A DNA stretch of 64,000 nt. It comes from an uncultured delta proteobacterium. GTDB taxonomy: Bacteria > Desulfobacterota > Binatia > UBA9968. The position numbers were made by a program, and so were the translations under genes. Location: positions 184,752-248,751 of the forward strand of contig CAVSLC010000002.1 of the NCBI GenBank assembly GCA_963728565.1. The letters are read 5' to 3'. Below the pieces are notes generated by a model. That model saw only the letters and a program-made list of their open reading frames with translations. It was not told the origin of the DNA and searched no databases. This document shows positions 43,024 to 51,453 of the stretch, piece by piece (the stretch's first letter is position 1; every line of letters starts with the position of its first letter).

Positions 43024-44348
43024 TAGGCATCCCGCTTGACGAACCGGTTGGTGTTCTCTTTTAGTGGCGCGTAGTAACCGAGGTTGCCGGCCACTTCTTT
43101 TGCCGGCCCTTTTCCCTCATGCGATGCGTTGCAGCCGGCAACGGTGCACGCCTGATCTCCCGGCTTGATACCGGAATCGTAGCCGAGCCAGCGCACGCGC
43201 TTGGTACGCGCGACTCCCCAGAAGCGGTCATCGATCCATTTGAGCGCGTGAACCAGAGCCGGCCGCGCCGGGATCGGACAGGTGCGCAACGACCATGTAG
43301 CGAGGCTGTGCCACCAGACATTGGGTTTGGTAAACGGGCAAACGGCAGCGCAGGTCAGGCAGCTGCCCCAGTAATCGTGGACATACGGCCGCAACTTGTA
43401 GCAGGTGAGCCAATTAATTTTGTACTTTTCGATGCCGTTGTGAACGACCTTATCGCCGAACGGAATGCTGTTGGTGGGACAAGTGTTAGCGCATTTGCGG
43501 CAAATTTTACAAAAATCTTCGACGGCGTTATCGACCGGCTGATCCGCTACCAGAGGAAGATCGGTCATGATCGGATCGGGCATGTGGATGCGCGCGCCGT
43601 AAGTTTTGTTTATGACCAGCCCGTTTCTCCCGAGTTCGCCGACTCCCGAAGCGACGCCGGCGGCCTGCGGCGTACAGACGCCGCGCAATGCCGTGTAGCC
43701 CAGCTCTTTGATGTAGCCCTCCAGAGCTTTCAGAATCATGTTGCCTTTGATTTGCGAGACGTGATACGCGGCATCGCCGATCAAGTGACGATGCGCCTGA
43801 AGCTTGTCGTAATCCCAGGCAGTGGTGGCGACGATGATATAGGGGAATTTTTTCACAAGATCCGCCGGGGAAGTTTCCTGATAGGCGTCCTCTGCCGTGC
43901 CGTCTTGAACGTAGCGGCTGCCGGCGTACAGGAAGGATGGATGCGCTTGGGCAATCGCGACAACGTCGGCGCCCATATAATGCGCCACCGCTTTGATGTG
44001 GCGCGACATCGCCGCCGCATCCGGCACCTCTATTTTTCTCGGATTGACCTTGCCCTTGGTGGCCTGGTTGATGATGGTGCTGAGAAAATGGCGGCGGTCG
44101 GCAAAATGGTTTGGCGCCGAAACCCGGGTCAGAGGATCCTTGGAGACGGTGTTGTGATACCAGTTGAAAAGAGGCTTGCCCAATTCGCCGCGCTGATTTT
44201 TCGGATGCGGCGACTGATTCATGTCGACATTTACCACCGGTCCAACGATGCGGACCGAGCGGCCGAGGTAGGGTGGAGGCGGGATATTTGCCTGACCATT
44301 TGTGCTCTCGGTGGATTGTTCAGCGGGCTTTTGTAATGTCACAGCCAT
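43023..44348 (-). CDS. Reductive dehalogenase-like B12/2x[4Fe-4S] protein, no Tat signal
   Basis: IKAVAHYMGADVV, GVGELGRNG, TDLPL..D.P, FCKICRKCANTCP, C-x13-CLTCAAVCPFTK. Confidence 0.88.
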   Translation of the reverse strand: MAVTLQKPAEQSTESTNGQANIPPPPYLGRSVRIVGPVVNVDMNQSPHPKNQRGELGKPLFNWYHNTVSKDPLTRVSAPNHFADRRHFLSTIINQATKGKVNPRKIEVPDAAAMSRHIKAVAHYMGADVVAIAQAHPSFLYAGSRYVQDGTAEDAYQETSPADLVKKFPYIIVATTAWDYDKLQAHRHLIGDAAYHVSQIKGNMILKALEGYIKELGYTALRGVCTPQAAGVASGVGELGRNGLVINKTYGARIHMPDPIMTDLPLVADQPVDNAVEDFCKICRKCANTCPTNSIPFGDKVVHNGIEKYKINWLTCYKLRPYVHDYWGSCLTCAAVCPFTKPNVWWHSLATWSLRTCPIPARPALVHALKWIDDRFWGVARTKRVRWLGYDSGIKPGDQACTVAGCNASHEGKGPAKEVAGNLGYYAPLKENTNRFVKRDA

Positions 44349-44367
44349 GATGCCTCCGTGTAAAGAG

Positions 44368-44459
44368 GTTCAACAGTTCAAACGTTCAACAGTTCAAGGT
44401 CAGAGGTCGTAGTGTTTCCGGCTGACGTTGAACTTTTGAACCATTGAACGGTTGAACGG
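44368..44459. repeat. Tandem-unit palindrome C (GTTCAA/TTGAAC, 8-bp period)
   Basis: gttcaaca gttcaaac gttcaaca gttcaagg ... ttgaactt ttgaacca ttgaacgg ttgaacgg. Confidence 0.9.
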
Positions 44460-44468
44460 CATTGTTGT

Positions 44469-44867
44469 TTATTGGTACGACGCCAACGCCACTTCAGCGC
44501 AGCGTTGGTCCTGATCTTCGGTGCCGCCGGCCACCGCCACCGCGCCGACAACCGCGCCGCCTTCGACAATTGGCAGCGCGCCCGCGCCCGGCATGATGCG
44601 TCCGTTGCTTGACACGACCAGGCTCTGAAACCATGTTTGGCCGGCGACTCCGGCCAGCTCCTTGGTGGGTTGCTGAAAACTGGCGGCGGTGTAGGCCTTG
44701 TTCAGGGCGATTTCTACGGTAATCGGACGGGCCCGGTCCATTCTGCCCAGCGCAATCATTCGGCCACTCTGATCAACCACTACCGCTGTTACCGCGATGT
44801 CCAACTGCGTTGCCTGCGTATGCGCGTTGCGCACCATTTGAATTGCTTTTTCTCCGGGGATGGCCAT
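44469..44867 (-). CDS. GlcG/HbpS family heme-binding protein
   Basis: VVVDQSG..RMD..ALNKAYTAA..GALPI..GAVAVAGG..QD. Confidence 0.9.
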   Translation of the reverse strand: MAIPGEKAIQMVRNAHTQATQLDIAVTAVVVDQSGRMIALGRMDRARPITVEIALNKAYTAASFQQPTKELAGVAGQTWFQSLVVSSNGRIMPGAGALPIVEGGAVVGAVAVAGGTEDQDQRCAEVALASYQ

Positions 44868-44878
44868 CGTCGTTCGTG

Positions 44879-44989
44879 AACCTCCTGGGTCCAAAATGCC
44901 GTTCTTGATGTAACTGTTATCCAGGTAATAAGCAGGGCGATTACGGTACATTAACCTCCTGGGTGCCAAAATGCCTCCTAATGTAACAG
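44879..44989 (-). promoter_or_regulatory. Duplicated leader/RBS block
   Basis: AACCTCCTGGGT(G)CCAAAATGCC...ATGTAAC at 44879 and 44953; each contains AGGAGG on the minus strand. Confidence 0.7.
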
Positions 44990-45091
44990 CAACAGGTACG
45001 TAACAGTCAAGTTCTTTCAAATCTGCTGAGAAAAAGCTACTCGGGCGCTCCGCCTACACCGCAAACACTTCGAGGATTCGTCACTGATGCT

Positions 45092-46621
45092 TCAGTCGGA
45101 TTTGCCGGAATTCGCGATTGCAAGTTCCGGCCGATCCGGTGCCGGCCAGTCCAAATGGAATAATCTGCCGCGCGGCTGATCGGTGCGTTCGTAGGTGTGC
45201 GCGCCGAAGTAATCTCGCTGCGCTTGGAGTAAATTGGCCGGCAGCTGTGCCGACCGGTAGCCATCGTAATACGCCAGCGCCGACATGAATGCGGGAACGG
45301 CAATGCCCGCTTGCGCGGCTATCGCGACCACGGAACGCCAGCGCGACTGAGTTTTCTGAATCTGCTCCTTGAAGTACGGATCGAGCAGCAAATTCACCAG
45401 TCGCGGCTCGCGCCTATACGCATCGGTGATCTTTTGCAGGAAACGCGCGCGAATGATGCAGCCGCCACGCCAGATAGCGGCGATGGAGGCGAAATCGAAC
45501 TTCCACTTGTATTCGCTCTCGGCCGCGCGCATGAGCTGAAAGCCTTGCGCATAAGCGCAGATTTTCGAACAGTAGAGCGCATCGCGAACCGAATCGATCA
45601 GTTCCTCGCGGTTGCCGGTATAGCTGTATTCCGGGCCAATTAATTGTTTGGATGCTTCCACTCGCTCATCTTTGAGCGCGCTCAGATTGCGCGCGAAGAC
45701 CGCCTCGGCGATCGCATTGGCCGGAATTCCCATATCCAGTGCGTTGACACTGGTCCATTTGCCGGTCCCTTTCTGCTGGGCGGTGTCGAGAATATGGTCG
45801 ACGAGAAATGAATCCGGCTTCTGCGGATCCCGCTGCTTTAGAATGTCCGCGGTGATTTCGATCAAGTAAGAATCGAGATCCCCTTCGTTCCAACGCGCGA
45901 AAGTTTGCGAGAGCTCATCGGGCTCGGCGCCAAGCAGGTTGCGCATCAGGAAGTAAGCCTCGGAGATCAACTGCATGTCGATGTACTCGATGCCGTTGTG
46001 GATCATTTTGACGTAGTGGCCGGCGCCGTTCTCGCCGATGTAGGCCGTGCAAGGGATTCCACCTACTACAGGTTGGCCTGGCTTGGCGGTTTCAATCGCT
46101 TTGCCGGTTTCGGGATCAACCTTGGCGGCGATGGCTTTCCAGATCGGCTCGAGATGCTGCCATGCTTGCGCATCGCCGCCGGGCATCAAGGATGGGCCGA
46201 AGCGCGCGCCGATTTCACCGCCGGAAACTCCGGAGCCGAAGAAGCGACAATGACCGGCATAGTCTTTCTCGCGCCGGATGGTGTCGGTCCACAGGCTGTT
46301 GCCGCAATCGATTACGAGGTCGTCCTTTTCCAGCCCGTCATCCATGAGCTGTCGGGTCACGGTATCGACGGCTGGGCCTGCTTTAACGAGAATGATGATC
46401 TTGCGCGGCTTCTTGATCGCCGCCAGCAGCTCAGGCAACGTCGCGCATCCAATCAGACCGCCCGGAGTGTCAGGGTTGGCCGCAATGAAGTCTTTCATCA
46501 CCTGTGTCGTGCGATTGTAGACAGCGACTCTAAAGCCATGATCCGCAATGTTCAGGGCCAGGTTTTCGCCCATAACTGCCAAGCCGATCAGGCCGATATC
46601 CGCCAGCTTCTCAGTAGCCAT
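45092..46621 (-). CDS. gnd: 6-phosphogluconate dehydrogenase (decarboxylating)
   Basis: [45 protein letters not shown]. Confidence 0.97.
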   Translation of the reverse strand: MATEKLADIGLIGLAVMGENLALNIADHGFRVAVYNRTTQVMKDFIAANPDTPGGLIGCATLPELLAAIKKPRKIIILVKAGPAVDTVTRQLMDDGLEKDDLVIDCGNSLWTDTIRREKDYAGHCRFFGSGVSGGEIGARFGPSLMPGGDAQAWQHLEPIWKAIAAKVDPETGKAIETAKPGQPVVGGIPCTAYIGENGAGHYVKMIHNGIEYIDMQLISEAYFLMRNLLGAEPDELSQTFARWNEGDLDSYLIEITADILKQRDPQKPDSFLVDHILDTAQQKGTGKWTSVNALDMGIPANAIAEAVFARNLSALKDERVEASKQLIGPEYSYTGNREELIDSVRDALYCSKICAYAQGFQLMRAAESEYKWKFDFASIAAIWRGGCIIRARFLQKITDAYRREPRLVNLLLDPYFKEQIQKTQSRWRSVVAIAAQAGIAVPAFMSALAYYDGYRSAQLPANLLQAQRDYFGAHTYERTDQPRGRLFHLDWPAPDRPELAIANSGKSD

Positions 46622-46833
46622 GCTCTGATCTCCTTTTCGGGGACTTTGAGGATCGCGCCGGTGTGTGATGCCTGTGAGGAGTCTAACAGCCGGCGGTAAA
46701 AACAAAAGCGCCCCGGGCGACAATCACGTTCCAGTGGATCGTCGCGCGGAGCGGCACCACGCTCATAGAAAAATCTTGACCTAAAGACCCGCATGTCATA
46801 GGTAACATTCGACCAAGCTCAAAGGAGTTTTAA

Positions 46834-47704
46834 ATGCAAACTGACCGGTATGACTATTCGCCGATTATCGGCCGCGCGCCGATTCACTGGCCGAATAAAG
46901 CCAGAGTCGCGCTGATGATCGCGCCCAATATCGAGTTCTTTCACGTCGACAAAGTTATTCCCGGCGCTTCCAGCTCTCAGTTGCCGGACGTCACCGGTTA
47001 TGCGTTGCGGGATTACGGTTCGCGCATCGGTGTGTTTCGCATGATGGAAGTGCTGGACAAGCACGGCATCCGCGCTACGGTGCTGTTGAACTCTGATGTT
47101 TGCGCCCATCATCCGGCAATCATCGAGGAGGGCAATAAACGCGGCTGGGAGTGGCTCGGCCACGGTGTTACCAACAATATCCGGATGAACCAATACCCGG
47201 CCGAGGAGGAGCGCGCAGTGATTCGGCAGATTAAAGAAACCATTGCCGGTTCAACCGGAAAAGCGCCGCGCGGCTGGTTAGGCCCGGGTGGGGGCGACGA
47301 GAGTCCGCATACTCTGGACCATCTGGCGGCCGAAGGGTTCGACTACGTTTGCGATTGGGGTTGTGACGATCAGCCAGTGCCGATGCGCGTGAAATCGGGG
47401 CGCATGATCGGCATTCCTTACCAGCAGGGGCTCAACGATATTCGGGTCATTTTTCAGGGCGGTCACACGCCCAAAGATTGGTTGCAAATGGTCTGCGATC
47501 AGTTCGATACCTTGTATGCCGAAGGCGCATCGCAGCCTCGGGTCATGACCATTCCGTTGCATCCCTTTGTGATCGGCCTGGCGTTCCGCATCAAGTATCT
47601 CGATAAGGCGCTCGAATATATCTGCGCTCATGAGGGTGTGTGGAAAGCCACGGGCGCGCGAGATTGCGGATCATTTTTACGCCAATTTCTATCAGAAGCC
47701 ATAA
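46834..47704 (+). CDS. Polysaccharide deacetylase family (PuuE-like) hydrolase; frameshift near 47658
   Basis: WPNKARVA, DYGSRIG, GHG, PRGWLGP, LHPF; the alternative frame ends EIADHFYANFYQKP*. Confidence 0.85.
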
Positions 47705-47718
47705 TTCCGGAGGCAGTC

Positions 47719-48716
47719 ATGAATTTGATATCAACGCTGAGATTCCTCGGGTTTTTATTGGCGCTTGCCGGTTTAAGCCTCCAAAGCGCCGATGCTGCCG
47801 ACCGGGTGATTATCGGTAACGTCTCGCGCACCGTCGAGCAGCTGCCCAACTATGCGGCCACGGACAAAGGCTTCTTTGCTCAAGGAAGGGATTCAGGGCG
47901 ATGTCGTTTTAATCGGCTCGACAGATACCTTGATCCAGGCTCTGATTGCCGGGCAAGTAAATGTTGCCATCGTCGATCCGACGCCGGCGATCAATGCGGT
48001 GGAACGCGGGAGCGTCGTTAAAGATCATCGGCGGCACCGTGCCGATCGCCGCCTACACCCTGGTTGGCTGTCCCAAATACAAATCCATCAAGGAGCTCAA
48101 AGGAACCAGTATCGGGGTGGTGAGCCTGGTGTCGGGCAGCACAATATTTCTGCGCGAGATGCTCAAGAAGGAAGGCCTGGAGATCAACAAGGATTACTCG
48201 ATTATTCAGGGCGGCCCAACGACCCAGCGCCTGGCCAGCTTGAAGGGATGCAATACCTCGGCGACAATGGTTCTCGGCGGCGATTTGCCGCGAGCTCGCG
48301 AGCTTGGCTTCACCGAAATCGCGCGCCTGCACGATTACATTCCCAATCTGCAGTTTCATAGTTTGATCGTCGATAGCAAATGGGCCGAAGCCAATAGCCA
48401 GCTCACCGTCCGTTATCTCAAAGCCATGGTTCGAGCGATGCAGTGGTCGCATGCCAATAAAGAAGAGGCGGCAAAACTGGTAACCCAGCGCACCGGGATC
48501 CCTCTCAAGTACACGCGCGAAAACGTCGATGAATATCTTTCACAGGGAATTATCAGCCGGGATGGTTCGGTCAATCGAGAAGGGTTTCAGCGCTTGATCG
48601 ATCTCATGGGCGAGCGCCTCTTCAAGCAACGTCCTTATCCCGGACCGGAAAAGTACCTCGATATGAGTTATTTGCGTCGCGCCCACCAGGAGCTGGGGCT
48701 AACCACGGAACGGTGA
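47719..48716 (+). CDS. NMT1/SsuA-like ABC substrate-binding protein; two frameshifts
   Basis: Signal peptide, DKGFF.KEG, QALIAG, KSIKELKG spread over three frames. Confidence 0.8.
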
Positions 48717-48749
48717 TACAAGATCTGAATGAAGCCGGGAGTGGATGCT

Positions 48750-49748
48750 TTATCTTTCTTTAGCTTTGTACAGCCCATCAATGTAGCCGCTTTGATCGAG
48801 TTCTTTGATGAAGCGCGCATCGACAAAGTCATCCGGCTTGGCGCTCTTCGCTTTCGGATTTTCTTCCGCTAACAAGTCCAAAGCCATTTGCAATCCCGGG
48901 ATCGACGGATATTGCTTACGCGAGAACTTATTGTCCGGAATGGCGCCGTCGTAGGTTTTCCCTAGGATGTCGCGATCTTTTATTGATCGTAAATATTTGG
49001 CCAGTACTTTGATGCCGGTTTCGCGATCCGTCTTCATCAAATGAATCGCTTCGACGTGCGACTTAACATAACGGCGCACCGTTTCCGGATTGTCGCGAAC
49101 GAAACCGCGGGTGGTCGCCACTCCGACATGGACGAATGGCAGGCCCAGATCAGCGACGTCGGCAAGCAGATTGAATCCTTCAGCTTGCGCGGCAAAGTTC
49201 TGTGGCGGGCTAAAGAGCGTCGCCTGGATTTTGCCGGCACGAAGGCTGGCGATCCTTTCGGTCGTTCCGCCGACCACGAGCAACGAGACGTCTTTCTGCG
49301 CGACTCCCATTTTCTGCAAGGCGAAACGGGTGGCAGTGGGATTGGCGCCCCTAAAGGCCGAAAGACCTACCGTAGCGCCTTTGAGTTGCAGCGCGGTTTT
49401 TATTTCAGGACGGCTCACAAGCGCAAAGTCCAAGGTCGACATGCCGCCCGCAACGTACACTGCGTTCGAGCCGCGCAGCGCGCTTTCGACCACCACCGGT
49501 CCCGAAGCGAGAACAAACTGAAGCTCGCCGGACAACAAAGCCATCACCCCTACCGACGCGTGAACGCGAACCGCCTGCACCTCGAGCCCATTGCGCGCGA
49601 AAATACCTGTATCTTTGGCAATCCACAGCGGCAGAACGGCAGCCGAATCAGAGACGTAGGAAGTGGTAATCTTGGTAATCTGAGGAGACGCTTCAGTGGC
49701 CACGAAGCCAAAACTGACGATCGCGACCAGCAGCTTAAAAATTTTCAT
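48750..49748 (-). CDS. NMT1/SsuA-like ABC substrate-binding protein
   Basis: PLWIAKDTGIFARNGL, ALLSGELQF, LKG. Confidence 0.88.
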   Translation of the reverse strand: MKIFKLLVAIVSFGFVATEASPQITKITTSYVSDSAAVLPLWIAKDTGIFARNGLEVQAVRVHASVGVMALLSGELQFVLASGPVVVESALRGSNAVYVAGGMSTLDFALVSRPEIKTALQLKGATVGLSAFRGANPTATRFALQKMGVAQKDVSLLVVGGTTERIASLRAGKIQATLFSPPQNFAAQAEGFNLLADVADLGLPFVHVGVATTRGFVRDNPETVRRYVKSHVEAIHLMKTDRETGIKVLAKYLRSIKDRDILGKTYDGAIPDNKFSRKQYPSIPGLQMALDLLAEENPKAKSAKPDDFVDARFIKELDQSGYIDGLYKAKER

Positions 49749-49865
49749 CGTGCGAGCTCCCATGAGGCAAGCACGTTATTCGAAACTTGATTCAGGCGTC
49801 AAGTGAAAGCGGCACTTGGAAGCGCTTACCGAAGAAGACAGCGAGCTGAGGAATTCAGAAAACGG

Positions 49866-50863
49866 TTAGGAGAGATTCTTATTGCCATCCAGCATCGCTG
49901 CCTGGCGCAGCAAATCAGCCCGCCGCTCGTTTTCTTGAAGCTCACGGTCAAGCGTGCTGATCGCCTCTGTCTGCTCAAGATCGCTGGCGTGTTGCGCCAG
50001 GTGCTTGAGCAGTCTAATCCGTTCTTCCACGGCGCGAATGGCAGTCCAGACGGACTCTTCGACGGAATCAGTTAGCTCAGCTAGGAGGCTGGCGCTCCCA
50101 AAGCTGTGTCCGGTGTGGCAGCGAAAACGCTGCAGGTTGCCGTTGGTTAACTGGATTAGGGAACCGTGACAATCCGGGCAGGTGAACTCCGAGACTACTC
50201 CAAGCTGTCTTACATCTAAATCCGCCGCATCCCCGCCCAACGCTATCTTGGTCTCGATCTCCAAATCCTTCGACACGGAGTCCTTCTTTCCTCGACCGCT
50301 TGTTGAGTGAGTGCGACTAAAAGCGGCGGAATCTCCGATACCGCGAGACAGTGATCGACCTGGACATTAGCCAGCGCGCTCGCCGGCATCGACGACTGTT
50401 CCGCCTCGGCCGGATCTTGCACCACCGCAATGCCGCCGCGGTCTTTGATGGCCCAGAGCCCGGCGGTGCCGTCATCTAGCGCGCCGCTAAGGACAACGCC
50501 GACGACACGAGATCCGTAAGCGTAGGCAGCGGACCTAAACAGCGGGTCGATCGCAGGTCGAAATCGATTTTCTTTGGGTCCCTTAGTGAGCCGGATTCGA
50601 CCGATTCGAGCAACAGATGATGATCCGGCGGGGCTACATAGAATCTTCCCCATCTCTATCGACTCGCCGTCGGCAGGATGCTTAGCCTTTAGTTTGCCGG
50701 CTCGATTCAGAATCTCAGGTAACATCGAGGTCGAGTAGGGAGAGAGATGCCAGACGATGAAAACCGCCGCATTCAGTTGCTCGGGCAGCTGCTTGATGAT
50801 GCGGTTAAATGCCGATAGTCCACCGGCGGAAGCTCCCATGACAATGATATCGCGATTCGGCAC
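49866..50863 (-). CDS. cheB: Stand-alone CheB methylesterase with a C-terminal CPxC/CHxGH domain; frameshifts
   Basis: GASAGG, VWH, RPAIDPLFRSAA, GALDDG; FTCPDCHG..RFRCHTGH in the second frame. Confidence 0.85.
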
Positions 50864-50969
50864 AAGACTCTCCTTCGGCTTAAACAGCGCGGATGCCTGG
50901 CGGGCATCTGCATTCAGCTAAACAAAAAAAACGGCAATTCGCGAGGATAGCTGTTGTCCGTGCAGGCTT

Positions 50970-51440
50970 TCAGGGCAGCATCAACGTCTTGAGCAGGCAG
51001 CGGCGATGAGACTCCGCTGGGCGAGTGCTAAAGCTAGCCTTCGGCCACTCACATCCATGCTCGATCACCCCGTGAAGCGTCGCCAGCAATTCATTGAGCT
51101 TGTACGGTTTCTCGATGAAGTATTCGACACCGGCCTCATGCATCCTGCTCTTTACGTCGGGGTCCAGGTAACCGCTGGCGACGATAACGCAGACATCGGG
51201 GTTTTGCTGTTTCAAATTCTTGAACACTTCCCAACCCGAGAGCTTGGGCAGTCCGAGATCCAGTAAGACCACGCTGATCTCCAATTTGTGATCGCGGTAG
51301 ATGTCCACCGCTTCCTGACCATCAGCCGCCAGCAGCACCGACGTATCATCCGTGCAGAGAATTCTCTCGAGCAACCGGCGCATGAGACGTTCGTCTTCCA
51401 CCACAAGAATAGTGCGGGAGTGGTTATCGCCAGGTTGCAT
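50970..51440 (-). CDS. Single-domain response regulator
   Basis: ILVVED, VLLD, IEKP. Confidence 0.88.
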   Translation of the reverse strand: MQPGDNHSRTILVVEDERLMRRLLERILCTDDTSVLLAADGQEAVDIYRDHKLEISVVLLDLGLPKLSGWEVFKNLKQQNPDVCVIVASGYLDPDVKSRMHEAGVEYFIEKPYKLNELLATLHGVIEHGCEWPKASFSTRPAESHRRCLLKTLMLP

Positions 51441-51453
51441 CCCGATCAATCCT

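Noticed and set aside
43023-44348. Epoxyqueuosine reductase QueG or respiratory RdhA
   Set aside because: Lacks the QueG GCDxCQ motif; no Tat leader or rdhB
46834-48021. Deacetylase fused to a binding protein (395-aa ORF)
   Set aside because: Frameshift artefact; separate stop at 47704 and RBS/ATG at 47719
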